A DNA stretch of 64,000 nt. Origin: Squalus acanthias (lineage: Eukaryota). The stretch spans positions 112,966,001 through 113,030,000 of the forward strand of contig CM059431.1 in the NCBI GenBank assembly GCA_030390025.1, given 5' to 3'. Shown one piece after another: positions 35,521-49,362 of the stretch. The translations under genes were made by a program, and so were the position numbers. Below the pieces are notes generated by a model that was given only the letters and a program-made list of their open reading frames with translations, had not been told where the DNA came from and made no database searches. The first letter of the stretch is position 1. Each line of letters begins with the position of its first letter.

Positions 35521-35996
35521 ATATGGAGTGACAATATTGGTTAAAGAGAGGACACGTGCTATAGTGTTGATATAGTCAAGGAAGGGTTACAGACAGAGTC
35601 AATATATTTGGAACTCAAAAGATAAAAAAAAGGGCTTGTTAACATTATTAGGAGTGAAATACAGACCTCCAAATTGTGGGAAGGAAATGAAAGAGAACAT
35701 CTGCAGTCAGATTGGAGAGATAACTAGGAACAGCGTGTTAAAATCTTAATTATCTACTTATTGATTGGGACAGAGGGAGTATAGGGAGAAAAGGGAATGG
35801 AATTCCTGAAATGTGTACAGGACTCCTTTCTCAAGCAGTCTGTTTGTCGGCCTACAAAGGGCGGAGGTGTTGCTAGATCTGGTAATGAAATAGATCAGAT
35901 AACTGAGCTAAGCGTGGCTGAGCACCCTGGGAGCAGTGACCACAATATGATAAGGTTTAAGAGCAAACCCGAAAGGGGAAAAGTCGGTACAAAAAC

Positions 35997-36283
35997 GGGC
36001 AACACGGTGGCATAGTGGTTAGCACTGTTGCCTCACAGCGCCAGGGACCCGGGTTCGAATCCGGCCTCGGGTGACTGTCTGTGTGGAGTTTTGCACATTC
36101 TCCCCGTGTCTGCGTGGGTTTCCTCCGGGTGATCCGGTTTCCTCCCACAGTCCAAAGATGTGCGGGTTGACCCTTAGTGCTGGGGGGATTAAATACGTGG
36201 GGTTACGGGGATAGGGTGGGATATGTGTCGGTGCAGGCTCGATGGGCCGAAATGGCCTCTATCTGCACTGTGGGGATTGTGTG
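35997..36283 (+). mobile_element. tRNA-derived V-SINE (HE1-like)
   Basis: A box tggcatagtgg; B box gggttcgaatcc; V domain (ctgtgtggagttttgcacattctccccgtgtctgcgtgggtttcctccggg); CR1-like tail. Confidence 0.88.
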
Positions 36284-36877
36284 TGAAAAACTAGAACACC
36301 AGATTGGATTAGAGGAGATTTTAGAAAGTTGAGCCAGCCTGCTGAGATGAGGTGAAAGGAGAAATTGACACACAGGGACTGTAGAGCAACAGTGGGATGT
36401 TTTTAAAAAGAAATTGCAAAAGGTACAGAATCAGTACATTGCATTACAAAATTAGAAAACATACCAACGGATGCCACGGACAAATAAAGAGGTTAAGAGC
36501 AGGATAAGGAAACCTAAGAGGGAGCGTGAGGAAAAAGTATGAACCCACCACAAAAAAAAAGCAGTAAAGTATTTCACAAGTATATCAGTAAAAACAGAAT
36601 TGTTAAATGTGACATGGGACCCCGAGAAGAGAGCACTGTCAAGTTGTAAATGATGATCGAAAATGACGGAAGTATTTATTAAGTACTTTGCATTGGCCTT
36701 TTCAAAAAGGAGATCAGAGAGGAGGCGAGTCCTGAAGTGGTTGAGAACGAGATGAATGATATTATGATGGGCAAGAGGAACATTTCAGATAAGTTAGTTA
36801 GTCTAAAGGAAGACGAAGGGCCAGGCATGCCGCCGATAATCCCGAGGAAGGAAATTGCTGAGGCTTTAGAAATGAGA

Positions 36878-37830
36878 AGGGAAATTTTAACTCCTGGGTG
36901 GTCGGCCGGTGGAACTTGTGGGCAGACCATCTATGAGGTGCAGCAGCCAGGCCTGGTCCATTGTAATAGCTCGGTCATCTTTAAATGGACGAGCATCCAG
37001 AACCAGCACGCCAGGTTCAAAGCAGCACAATACTGAACGGCTCAGAGGCTATCCAGCTGGCAGCAAGATAAGTCATCCAGGGGGGTTTGGGATATTGCCA
37101 CTTGCCAACCCTCCAGGTTTGGCATGGAGTCTCCAGGATTTGAAGATTAATCTCCAGCACACTGCTACAAGCTACCCAGGAGAAAAATATCACAGGGGCA
37201 TTAAAAAAAAACGTGCTTTATTCATTTTTTTTGAACACTTCTGTTAATTAGTTATAAAAATATTAGAGATGGGAAAAAAGGCCGTTTGATTGACAGTCAC
37301 AAATCATCCAATTGGATAATAAAGAGTCTTTTCGCTTTCCAATTGACTCGAGAAGGCGGGGTGCCATGAGGATGGGCTTGTTGGGCGACCAGTGGCGGGA
37401 TTGTGGTGGGCAGGAGGCCATGTGATGAAATCCTAGCTTGGGAACACGGGGGGGCGGGGCGGGGGTGGGGGGAGGCAGAGCCTGAAGTAGCAGCGGCCCA
37501 AACTATTTTTTGTTTTTCTACTCACCTTGGAGGGCAACCACTTCTGGCCCGACAGCTTCCACTGAACGGAGGGACTACGGTGGAGGGCCCACGGCGGAGG
37601 GCCCACGGCGGAGGGTTGCCCAGTAGGCCACAAAAATGTCTTCAGACGCCTCGCTATGTAATAGAATCCCAGTCAGCATACATTTATGAGGCTCCTGCCT
37701 GAGTCAAGCGGGCGCCTCAGCCCAGCTTTAAGATAGCTGCAGGGTGGAAAAAGAACGGTAAGTGGACCACTTTGATTTTAACTCCAGTACTATCTGGCTT
37801 CTGCTGGGCGGAGGGAGTTACAATCTCCCC
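36878..37830. mobile_element. MITE, probably with a second nested MITE at about 37098-37445
   Basis: Imperfect inverted termini (agggaaattttaactcc / ggagttacaatctcccc); CR1 resumes on both sides. Confidence 0.55.
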
Positions 37831-38771
37831 TTACATTTCAGGGCTCTATTGAATGTGGATGTGTGCCAGAGGACTGGAGAGTGGCCAATGTAGTACCCAT
37901 TTTTATAAAAGGGAGACAGCGCCAAGATGGGTAATTACAGCTCAGTTAGCTTAACATCTGTGGCAGGAAAACAATTTAGATTTTATAATTAAGGATAACA
38001 TTGCCAAATATCTAGGTAAAGAAAAAATAGTTAGAAGTAACCAGCACATGCTTGACAAACCTCAGAATTCTTTGAGGAGGTAACAGACATGGCGGATGAG
38101 GGAAATGCAATAGATGTAGTGCACATAGACTTTAGGAAAGCCTTTGACAAGGTACTGCATGGGAGATTAAGGCATATGTAATTAGGGGGGATGATAGCTA
38201 ACAGGATTAAAACTTGATTAGAAGGGAGAAAGCATAGGTTCAGTTCTACTGTTCACTGTGTATACCAATAACTTAGATAAAGGCCCAGGAGGTGTGGAGT
38301 CGAAATTTGCAGATGATACCAAAATACAAGGTACTGTATAGGTAATTCTTCAGAAGACCAAAGGAAGCTGCTTAGGGATAGCGATAAGATAGAGCAATGG
38401 GCTAAATGTGACAAAAGGAATTTAATATCAGTAAGTGTGAGGTGATGCACTTTGGTCTAAAGAAAACAACAGCAGTAATTATACTTTGAATAGAAGTAGG
38501 CTCAATGCTGTGGAAGAGCACAAGATATTAAAGACTTCAGTTGATAAGATGTAAAAAGAAGCTGATGGAATTCTAGGTTTTATCACAAGAGGCATAGCAT
38601 ATAAAAGTCAAGAGGTAATGATAAGCCTTGATAAGATTGCATTTAGAGGGCTGTGTACAGTATTGGGCTCCACACTATAGGAAGGATATTGAAGCTCTAG
38701 AGAGAGTACAGCACAGATTCACTTGGAGGCTTCCTGGCATGAGGAAATATAAATGCGAAGTAAGACATTTG

Positions 38772-41003
38772 AATGTTGAATGTTGAATGTCAAGGGGAGG
38801 TGGTTAGACTCCTGCTTGTTGGAGATAGTCATTGCCTGGCACTTCTGTGGCGCAAATGTTACCTGCCACTTACCAGCCCAAGCCTGAACATCGCCCAGGT
38901 CTTGTTGCATGCGGGCTTGGACTGTTTCATTATCTGAGGAGTTGTGAATGGCGCTGAACACTGTGCAGTCATCAGCGAACATCCCCATTTCTGACCTTAT
39001 GTTGGAGGGAAGGTCATTGATGAAGCAGCTGAAGATGGTTGGGCCGAGGACACTGCCCTGAGGAACCCCTGCAGCGATGTCCTGGGACTGTGATGATTGA
39101 CCTTCAACCACCACAACCATCTTCCTTTGTGCTAGGTATGACTCCAGCCAGTGGAGCATTTTCCCTCTGATTCCCATTGACTTCAGGGCAGTTTTCCACA
39201 TTGTCGGATAGATGCCAGTGTTGTAGCTGTTCTGGAACAGCTTGTTCTGGAGCACAAGTCTTCAGCACGATAGCCGGGATGTTGTCGGGGCCCATAGCCT
39301 TTGCTGTATCCAGTGTGCTCAGCCGTTTCTTGATATCACGTGGAGTGAATCGAATTGGCTGAAGACTGGCTTCTGTGATGGTGGGGACCTCAGGAGGAGT
39401 GGATCATCCACTCGGCACTTCTGGCTGAAGATGGTTGCAAACACTTCAGCCTTGTCTTTTGCACTCACGTACTGGGCTCCACCATCATTGAAGATGGGGA
39501 TATTCATGGCGCCTCCTCCTCCCATTAGTTGTTTAATGGTCCACCACCATTCATGACTGGATGTGGCAGGACTGCAGAGCTTTGATCTGATCTGTTGATT
39601 GTGGGATCGCTTAGCCCTGTCTATAGAATGCTGCTTCCGCTTTTTAGCATGCATGTAGTCCTGTGTTGCAGCTTCCCCAGGTTGGCCCCTCATTTTTAGG
39701 TACGCCTGGTGCTGCTCCCGGCATGCTCTTCTACACTCCTTATTGAACCAGGATTGGTCCCCTGGCTTGATGGTAATGGTAGAGTGAGGAATATGCCAGG
39801 CCATGAGGTTACAGATTGTGGTGGGATATAATTCTGCTGCTGCTGATGGCCCACAGCGCCTCTTGGATGCCCAGTTTTGAGCTGCTAGATCTGTTCTGAA
39901 TCTATCCCATTTAGCACGGTGGTAGTGCCACACAACACGATGGAGGGTGTCCTCAGTGTGAAGACGGGACTTCGTCTCCACAATGACTGTGCGGTGGTCA
40001 CTGCTACCAATGCTGTCATGGACAGATGCATCTGCGACAAGTAGATTGGTGAGGATGAGGTCAAGTAGGTTTTTCCCTCGTGTTTGTTCTCTTACCACCT
40101 GTCACAGGCCCAGACTGGCAGCTATGTCCTTCAGGACTTGGCCAGCTCGGTCAGTAGTGGTGCTACCGAGCTGCGCTTGGTGATGGACATTGAAGTTCCC
40201 CACCCAGAGTACATTCTGTGCCCTTGCTACTCTCAGTGCATCTTCCAAGTGGTGTTCAACATGGAGGTGTACTGATTCATCAGCTGAGGGAGGGCGGTAG
40301 GTGGTAATCAGCAGGAGGTTTCCTTGCCCATGCTTGACCTGAAGCCATGAGACTTCATGGGGTCCGGAGTCAATGTTGAGGACTCCCAGGGCCACTCCTT
40401 CCCATCCGTGTACCACTGTGCTGCCACCCCTGGTGGGTCTGTCCTGCCGGTGGGACAGGACCTACCCAGGGATGGTGATGGAGGAGTCTGGGACATTGGC
40501 TGAAAGGTATGATTCTGTGAGTATGACTATGTCAGGCTGTGGGACAGCTCTCCCAATTTTGGCACAAGTCCCCAGATATTGGTGAGGAGGACTTTGCAGG
40601 GTCGACTGGGCTGGGCGTGCCATTGCCGTGTCCGTAGCCAGTGCCAAGTTCGATGCCGGTTGGTCCGTCTGGTTTCATTTTATTATTGTGTTTCGTAGCG
40701 GTTTGTTACAACTGAGTGACTTGCTGGGCCATTTCAAAAGGAAGTTAAGAGTCAACCACATTGCTGTGGGTCTGGAGTCACATATAGCCCAGACTAGGAA
40801 AGGACGACAGATTTCCTTCCCTAAGGAACATTAGTGAACCAGATGGGTTCATGGTTACCATGGTTACCATTACTGACACTAGCTTGTTATTCCTGATTTA
40901 TTTAATTAACTGAATTTTAAATTCCCCAGCTGCCATGGTGGGATCATTAGTCCAGGCCTCTGGATTACTAGCCCAGTGACATTACCACTACGCTACCGTT
41001 CCC
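38772..41003 (-). mobile_element. LINE family B copy with intact 5' terminus, internal deletion and missing 3' end
   Basis: Starts at the same 5' base as 23055 (gggaacgg(t/c)ag(c/t)gtagtggt); endonuclease motifs LLITTYRPPS, VGNFNVH and SSDH; RT motifs GVPQGSVLGP and FADD; deletion junction near 39186. Confidence 0.87.
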
Positions 41004-42332
41004 GAAGCAGGGTAGAAGCAGATTGTTTCCAATATTTGTGGGGTCAAGAACGAGTGGCCATAGATAAAGGCAACAGATTTAGAACAAACAGCAGGAGAAA
41101 CTTCTTTACGCAGACAGATGTGAGGCTGTGGAATTCTCTTCCAGGGTTAGTGGTTGAGGCAGAAGCTAAATCAACATTGAAGATGAGATTGGATAAGTGG
41201 ACGAAGTAAAAAGGATTAAAGGGACATGGGAACAGGGTGGGCAAATGTGATTAGAACTATTTGCTCATGTGGAGGGTAAACACCCAATGGACTGGTTGGG
41301 CCGAATGGCCTGTTTCAATGTTGCAACTTCTATATACGAGTTCAAATGGAAACACAATCTGAATGCAAAGCAACTAATATGATATACTTAAACTTAACAT
41401 TTAAAACCATAAAAAGGTAAGAAGCAAAGACTGTAAATCCCGTCCAACTCACCTCGTCATTAAAGACCTTTTTACAACACACTCATAAACCATCTTCATC
41501 TTCCTTTCACCACTATGGTGAAGCTATATTCCTCCACTTGCTGTTAAATCAGGAATCTGACCTTATTAAATGTTAACTTTCATTGCATTGGGCAGCAATG
41601 TTAAATATGTTAAATTCTATTTAGGTTCCTGATGTAATCATTACATATTGGTCCCAGTATTGCTCTCCATCACACCTGAGGATTGCTTATTTCTCAGCTG
41701 CCATGGAGGGTACTTAGCTGTTATATCGGGTCTTTGCCCCCTCTACTCTGCCCACAAATATCTCGGCAGACCTGGGACTGTGCCTACAATAGGTGCAGAT
41801 CAAACATACCCATGGAAAGGAGGCGAGAGGGGCATTCCTGTCTTTCCCTCCTCACTTTCCTCTTCCTAAAACCGAAGGGCCTCCAGAAGCAGGGTGCCCA
41901 AAGACTGATAGTACACAAAGTTACCTACATGGAAACAGACTGTTTAGCCCAGCCCAGTGTTGGTATTGATCAAGGACTTTTGAATTATTTCTTTGCTCAT
42001 TTTCTTGATTCCCCTGTTGAATTTTTGCTTTCTTGGAATCTGAGTGACTAATCAATCGGCTATGTGTAATGATAAATGCCAAAAATGTGGAAATTCACAC
42101 ACCCGTGGCAAAATAAATCGCACGACTGCTACACTAAATTTTCAAGTGGAACAATTTAGTTGAATGTGTGCCCTGCTATAGTAGTGACAAGCTTAGTAAA
42201 CACAGAAAGAGCTGCAAGATCGAGTGCTTTGAATAGGGAAGCAGTAAATGTGCAACAGGTTTACAGGCAGCACTTTGGGACGCGCAACCTTTAGCCGACT
42301 GTTTGGTACCGAGCACTGTTGGGTAGCCTTAC

Positions 42333-42565
42333 CTTGGTAGCTTTCTTCGTGTCTACTATCTTCTTATGCATTTGTTTCCAAGTCCTGCAGTTACTGGAGA
42401 CAGAATTGACTTTTGCAGCAATTAGCTCCTGGGTGTTCTGCACTCCTGCCCTCTGGGGAAGTTGACCTGGAGTGCGTAAAAGAGGGATCTTCCTTGCATT
42501 CACCTCATGCACCAGCAATTCCCACTTTGCATCTGTAAATCTGGAGTGCTTCGTAACATTTCCAG
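42333..42565 (-). pseudogene. Remnant first exon of a second Harbinger-type Myb/SANT-like gene
   Basis: RFTDAKWELLVHEVNARK...IAAKVNSVSSNCRTWKQMHKKIVDTKKATK followed by a GTAAGG donor at the same domain position as 31958. Confidence 0.65.
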
Positions 42566-42919
42566 AAACTCACTTTACTGCTACAGAACGTTAGATCCAG
42601 TTGTCTATACTTCTCTTTAAATTGCTGCAGTAGCACCTTCAATTCTACCTCCATGTGTGGGAGCTCCTAAAGGTGCAGCTGCAATTCATATCTTCGTGTG
42701 CATAATTAATTAGGAATGATCCTGGAAGTTCAGGTGGGAACAGCTGTCCATAAGCACTCAGCTGTGCACCGTTCTTGCTTCGGAGTTTATACCTTATAGG
42801 ATCTAGTCCTCCATGAGCTCTCCATGGCATTTGGCATTGCTTACCTCACCAAATCAACTCCATGGTCCAGCTACGTGAGACTGCCCTTGCGTAATTTCAT
42901 GCTTATCTGTCCCAATGCA

Positions 42920-44410
42920 GCGAACACATCTCCGTCACTGACTTCTCCTTCTGCCCCCCACATGGTCATTTCCAAAGTTCCCCAAGTATCAATTCTAGAG
43001 ACCTTCCTTTTCCTATTACTTACTCAGGATGAACCGGACTGTGCACAACTTTGGCATTCTGTTTGGCCCAGAGCTGAGCTTGAAACTCAACTTATTCCTT
43101 ACGTATACTTCCACCTTCGCAACATCGACAATCTCTGCTGTACCTTTGTCTGCCACCACTGAAACCTCGTCCAAGCCTTCGTCATCTGTACACACAGGCC
43201 TAGAAATTAATTTGCGCCGGCAGGATCGATCCCTGCGCTTGAATGGGTAGGCCCGAGGCGCAGCCGATATTGGGCCTCTGGCCTCATTTAAATGAGACCA
43301 GTGAGCTGTGGACACCTGCTGGGTATCCCCAGGCAGCTCGCTGGCAAAGAGGCTTTGGGTGATTCAACGGCCCTCAGGCAGCTTGTTAAAGGAGAAGGGG
43401 ATGTGATCGGAAGTGGGTGACCAGGGAAAGGGAGGGCAGTTGGAAGGGGTGGGAGGGTGTGGCGATGCGACCAGGAAAGGTTCGATGGGGTGACCAGAAC
43501 GGGGGACGATCCGGACATCGGGACGGGGTCGAGACGGCAAGCGGCAGGGTGAGGGGTTGGGTGGTGGTGGCGGGCGGGGAGGGGATGAGCAGTGGCTGGC
43601 AGCGAACTGCAGATTTAATGTGGGGTCAGGAGGAGCATTCCTGCTCCTCCCAGCTTTACATTCAGGTAAGTATTTTTTTACAAACTTATCTTTAAGCACT
43701 GCCGGTTAGGCCACATGTAGACCTGGTTCAGGTGTGGGCCCTGGATGTTTATTTTTTTACCTATAACAATATGGCGGCTGGTGCACTTCTGGCTCGTAAT
43801 GAGCGTGCGCTTCCTGCCTGCCGTATTGGAGGCTAAGGCGCCTATTTAGCACCCGAAAAATGGGTGCGGTGCCATCAAATCTATAAGCAACAATTTCTCC
43901 AATGCATTCCATGCTGGCGTCCCAACTTTCCAACCTCCATGAACCCCAACTTGTCCAAAACGCTTCCATTTGCATCCTGTTGTGCACCATTACCCATTTG
44001 GCCATCACCTGCACCATCACGGACCTACACTGACTCCCTGCCTGAATGCATTGAATTTAAAATCCTGTTCCTCACCCTACCTGTGCATCCTCCTCCAGCC
44101 CTATTTGTTGCTTCTGACTCTTTACACTTGTATACCCGCCCCCACCCACCCCTCTCTCTGCCCCACCATTGGTGGCAGGGCATTCAGCTGCCTTGGACCT
44201 ACAGTCTGGGGCTTCCTCCTTAAACCCCCTCCTCTCTGTCTCTTTCTTCACCATTAAAGGACTTCTCAAAACACACATCCCTTCAATCAAGCTTTCGGTC
44301 ACTTTTCCTAACTCTCCCATGAAGGCCTCTTCCTTTGTTTCTCTGTGAGGTGCTTTGTGATGATTTCCATGTCAAAGATGCTGTATAAATACAGATCATT
44401 CTTGTTGCTG
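42920..44410 (+). mobile_element. Decayed L2 LINE interrupted by a MITE at about 43198-43900
   Basis: Remnants VPQVSILETFLF, YFHLRNI and LPECIEFKILFLT; L2-type tail at about 44340-44410. Confidence 0.65.
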
Positions 44411-45321
44411 TTATAGTTGGGCAGGTCACTGTTTACAAGTACCTGCTATTTGGCTATGATGCACGATTCAGGAATTTGGCAATGGAGTTAGTAATTTTGC
44501 TATTGTCAGTGTGAACTGCCTAGAGGTTTACAGTGGGAATTGTTATGGTCAAAGTGTGCTCTCTCTCTCAAATTGTTAATTAAAGTGCCTTTGCACACAG
44601 TCACTGTGGCGCACGGCACTCGAGTTTGATCTTTTGTTTTGTTAATGCTTGTTCAACAGAAACCAATGTAGTTTACATCCGCCTTAATGATTGTGGTGGA
44701 TTCCTTTCTCCTTGAGTACTGCGTTGGGTTCTGATCATGGAGAAACATTCAGGTGCTGCGGTAAGTGCAGAGAAGAACCATGAGGCAGTTCCCCTAATGT
44801 CAGGGGCCAGAGTTGTGAGGAAAGACAGAAGAAACGCATGGGGCCAATGTTTGTATGTCCACTGTCCCGTTTATGCTGGAAAATAGGGCGGCAGGTGAAC
44901 AAAAATTTCCAAAACTAAAATCTCACCCATTGGGCGCCCGAGGCCCACCCGAAACAGGCGGCCAGCACTCCCGCCTGAAACAAACGGAAGTCTTATTTAA
45001 ATATGTAAATAGGGTGTAGGACCCTGACCTGCTTTTCGTGTGCCAATGCCCCACGCACACCCCGCCCAGTGGTCCCCGGTGTGGTTCGACTTAACCAGCG
45101 GTCCTTAAAGGGAACACTTCAGGCAGCTACAAAATCAGCCCAAATTTTTCTTTCTTTCATTCTTCTGGGGCCAGGAAGAGCTGGAGTCCTTCCACTTGGC
45201 CTCACAGATATTATCCGGTCCATTGCTGGTCCCTATATAACCCCACCTATGGTAGGGGAAAAAACATGGGGGTTTTGACTTTTTTCTGCCATCAAATATA
45301 TTTGCATATAAGGGTAAAAGA

Positions 45322-45770
45322 AAGAACTTGCAATTATATAGCATCTTTCACATCTGTCTCAAAGCGCTTCAAAGCCAATGAATTACTTGTTTGAAGTGCA
45401 GCCAATGTTTTGTAGGCAAACATGACAATGCGTACACACCAAGGTTGCACAAACAGCAATTGAGGTGAATGACCAGTTAATCTGTTGTGGTAGTGTTGGT
45501 TGAAGGATGATGTTTGCCAGGATACCAGGATAACTCACTGTTTTTCCTTGAAAACATGCCAATGGGATCATTTACATCCACCAGAACAGGCAGGCAGGGC
45601 TTCAGTTTCAACGTCTCATTCAAAAGACAGCACTTCCAACGATGCAGCACTCCTTCAGTACTGCACTGAGGTCTCAGCCTCGATTATCTGTTCAAGTCTT
45701 GGAGTGGGGTTTGAAGCCACAACTTTCCAATTGAGCACCAAGACTGTTATCACCGAGACAAGCTGACACT
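45322..45770 (-). mobile_element. Deu-domain SINE (older copy)
   Basis: Reverse-complement homology to 7386-7830. Confidence 0.75.
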
Positions 45771-46534
45771 TAAAACAGTTATTTGCTTGAATCTGAGTCT
45801 GAGATATTTTATAGCCTTCAATTTGATGGTGATCAGTATAATCTGAGGGGATTTATTGACATTTGATACAATGCTGTTTCACTATGTGGTGATGTTTATT
45901 AATGGCGCCAACAGGTGATTATGCTAATGTTGTTAATGAGAAGAAATTATAGGGATCATTTTCAAACTTTGCACCAGAGGTTGGGAGTCTCGACCACCGA
46001 GAGCGCATATCGGAAATTGCTCCGTGTGTGACTGCCAAACCATTCATTTAAATAGTCACAGCACGAATTTCCAATGTGCACTGCTGGTGGGAAACACTCC
46101 ATCAGGAGCATGAAGTTGGAAAATTACTGCAATTATCCCGTCTTCGAATTACGAGCATTTTTTGATAAAGCAAGAGCTTTGCTGGAGCCCTTTATATAAT
46201 AGTAGAGGTTTTACACTCAGATCATTTTTACACATCACTTAATGAGCATAAATTAGCAGAATGTATGAAATACTGAAATCTATTAATACAGCATTTTTGG
46301 GGCAGAGTAGAAGGAGCTTTACTCTTCGGTTTGGGTGTGCTCTATGTTGACATAGGATGCTCAAAGTGGAACATTTTAACAACATGAGAACATACTGCCA
46401 CCTCTTTCTACCAGCAAGTCAAAGAGTGGACAGTCCTGTAATATATTAAAACTCTTGTATATATCACTATAATATATTAAACTCTTGCGTTTAATGTGGA
46501 AATAGAAAGCTGACCTCAGCAAAAGTGACTATGC

Positions 46535-46760
46535 AGCTGTTGGATTGTCATAATAATCCAACTGGTTCACTAATGTCCTTACCCAGTCTGGCCGATATGT
46601 GATTCCAGTCCCACACCAATGTGGTTGACTATCAAACTGCTAGAAAGAAACTGCAGTGGCTCAAGATGGTGGCCCACCACCACCTTCTCAGGGGAATTAG
46701 GGATGGGCAATGAATGCCGGCCTTGCCAGTGACGCCCACATTCCGAGAATGAATAATAAG
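46535..46760 (+). mobile_element. SINE-like derivative of LINE family B (5' body joined to the 3' tail)
   Basis: ctggttcactaatgtcc...aatgtggttgact joined directly to caccaccaccttctcagg...ggatgggcaat...gacgcccacattcc. Confidence 0.7.
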
Positions 46761-46774
46761 ATGGATGGCATACC

Positions 46775-47470
46775 AAAGAAGGAGATATTTGGAGGGTGGG
46801 CAAAGAGGTGGGTTTTAAGGAGTACAGTGGAGAGGCGGAGGGGTTTAGGTAGGAGATTCACAGCAGGGGACCAAGGCGGCTGAAGGCATGGTCAGCAATG
46901 CTGGGGCAAAGGGAGAAAGGGATGTACAAGAAGCCAGAATCAGAGGAGTAGAGAGTTCAGGGCAGGAGGGAAATGATTGTAGTACTGGGGAAGATTACAG
47001 CGATAGGGGCGGGTGAGGACATGGAGGCATTTAAGCACAATGATGAGAATTTTAAATTTGAGGCTTTGAGGGACCAGTCTTTGGGGAGTCTAGAACGAGG
47101 GGTCACAGTCTCAGATAAGGGGTCGGCCATTTAGGACTGAGATGAGGAGAAATTTCTTCACTCAGAGGGTGCTGAATCTTTGGAATTCTCTACCCCAGAG
47201 GACTGTGGAGGCTCAGTCGTTGAGTATATTTAAGACAGAAATAGATAGATTTTTGAATATTAAGGGAATCAAGGGATATGAGGATAGGGCAGGAAAGTGG
47301 AGTTGAGGTCGAAGATCAGCCATGATCTCATTGAATGGCAGAGCAGGCTCGAGGGGCCGAATGGCCGACTCCTGCTCCTATTTCTTATGTTCTTATGAGC
47401 CAATGTAGGTCAGTGAGGACAGGGTTGATGGATGAGCAGGACTTGGTGCAGGATCGAATATGGGCAGATT
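46775..47470 (-). mobile_element. L2 fragment interrupted by a CR1 3' fragment (about 47080-47396, +)
   Basis: L2-like sequence flanks a CR1 end (gtctagaacgaggggtcacagtctcag...(ttcttatg)n). Confidence 0.65.
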
Positions 47471-47784
47471 CATAATACATTCAAAAATATACCTTCTTAG
47501 GAGTCCTTTGACACTTAGTCGGTAAGTGTAACATATGAGTTATGCAGATCAGGAAGGTTTCAAGTTTGAACTGCAATACGTGCTGAACTAGATTATCTCA
47601 TCCAGGACAATGAGAGGAGTATACAATTGGTTTCAGTGTCTTCTAGCTAAGGAAGGGAAAAAATCAGCCAAGGTTCCCATTCCAATCCATTGACTACTGT
47701 GGGAAAGTGGGCATTTCTATAAAACCAAGCAAGTGGTGCAGAAATTGTGCAGGATGTTGGTTAGTGTTGTGCATACCCCAGACC

Positions 47785-48053
47785 CTTCACACCACCATTG
47801 GTGGCCGTACCTTCAGCTGTCCAGGTCCTAAGCTCTGGAATTCCCTCCATAAACCTCTCTGCCTCCTCAACCTTCTTCTACATTAAGACCTTTCTTAAAA
47901 TCCACCTATTTGACCAAGCTTTTAGCCACCCCTCCTAATATCTTCTTCTTCTGCTCGGTGTCAATTTTTGTCTGTTTACATGTCCGTGAAGCCCCTTGGG
48001 ATATTTTCATACATTAAAGTCGCTATATAAATATAATTTGTCATTATTGTTGT
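47785..48053 (+). mobile_element. L2 LINE 3' end fragment
   Basis: caccattggtggccgtaccttcagctg...ctctggaattccctcc...cgctatataaat tail. Confidence 0.65.
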
Positions 48054-48911
48054 ACAGCAAAAATTCACTAGAATAGCACTGGGACTAATAGCCATAGTTA
48101 TGAAGAAAGGGAAAAAAAGGATTTTTTTTTACTGCAATGTGTAGGATCAGGGGAACCTCATAGAAGTTTTCAAACCTAGGAAAGGTTTTGAGAAGTTAAA
48201 CAGTGAAATATTGTAGCCCCGAAATTAACTTGAGCTGAGAATCGGGCCTACTCCCTTTTGGGCCTCTTCTGACCCCAGCTCCCCTTCCTGCTTGACTGAC
48301 CTGGCAGGAAAGCCACAGCAACCTCCCTGCTCAGGCCCTCGATGACATAATTGGAGACCGTTCTGCAAATTTAAAGAAGAATCCAGCGGGTGTCCTTCTC
48401 CCCTGTTCAGAAGAGTAGGTTGAAATGGTAGCCTGAGAAACGTTGGCGGGTAAATCCCCCAGGCGATTTTAAAATCAACCCTTGTTTCCGCTGGTTGGCA
48501 AATCAGTAACAATGGGATATAGATCCAGGATTACTGCTGGATGAATGAAGGGGCAGTTAGGAGACATTTTTTCATGCAAGAGGTCATTAAGACATGGAAT
48601 GCTTTAGCATAAATGATTAATGAATCAGAGGCTGTAACATCATTTAAAAGGAATTCAAAAGGAAGGATAATAAAAGTATATGGGGAAAGGGCAGGGATAT
48701 AGAGTATATAGCTCCAGCTGAAAAACTGGTACTGGCGCAGTGGTAATGTATGTTTTTATTAAAACATATTCTAAAATAATCAACTGCTTGTAATCTCATT
48801 TTAGAATTCAGGTGCCTGTTATAAGCCGTGCTCTTTTGGTCTCTGACTTGTAATCAATCTTGGATATTCATTATTCTCTATTTTTTTATGAAAGGTGACA
48901 ATGAAAAAAAA

Positions 48912-49362
48912 AGAAAGACTTGCATTTCTATAGCGCCTTTCATGACCACCGGACGTCTCAAAGCACTTTACAGTCAATGAAGTAGAGTCACTGTTGTAAT
49001 GTGGGAAACGCAGCAGCCAATTTGCGTACAGCAAGGTCCCACAAACAGCAATGTGATAATGACCAGATAATCTGATTTTGTTTTGTTGGTTGAGGGATAA
49101 ATATTGGCCAGGACACCGGGGATAACTCCCCCTGCTCTTCTTCGAAATAGTGCCATGGGATCTTTTACGTCCACCTGAGAGAGCAGACGGGGCCTCGATT
49201 TAACATCTAATCCGAAAGACGGCACCTCCGACAGTGCAGCACTCCCTCAGCACTGCACTGGAGTGTCAGCCTAGCTTTATGTGCTAAAGTCCCTGGAGTG
49301 GGACTTGAACCCACAACCTTCTGACCTCAGAGGCGAGGGTGCTACCAACTGAGCCACAGCTG
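48912..49362 (-). mobile_element. Deu-domain SINE (SacSINE1-like), near full length
   Basis: A box (tggctcagttgg), B box, Deu-like body and tail all present on the minus strand. Confidence 0.87.

Larger units (their letters stand above)
34850..41335 (+). mobile_element. Old, heavily decayed near full-length CR1 ORF2 interrupted by SINEs, MITEs and a family B LINE
   Basis: Remnants EFLKCVQDSFLKQ, GSSDHNMIRF, VPEDWRVANVVPIF, DFRKAFDKV, FADDTK and RRNFFTQ; CR1 3' UTR at about 41200-41335. Confidence 0.75.

Noticed and set aside
35997..36070. tRNA gene
   Set aside because: The A/B boxes continue into a V-domain body and LINE-like tail, so this is a SINE head; the same applies to the heads at 7386, 23055 and 49362.
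46440..46488. Short direct duplication (aatatattaaaactcttg twice)
   Set aside because: A small AT-rich local duplication with no further structure.
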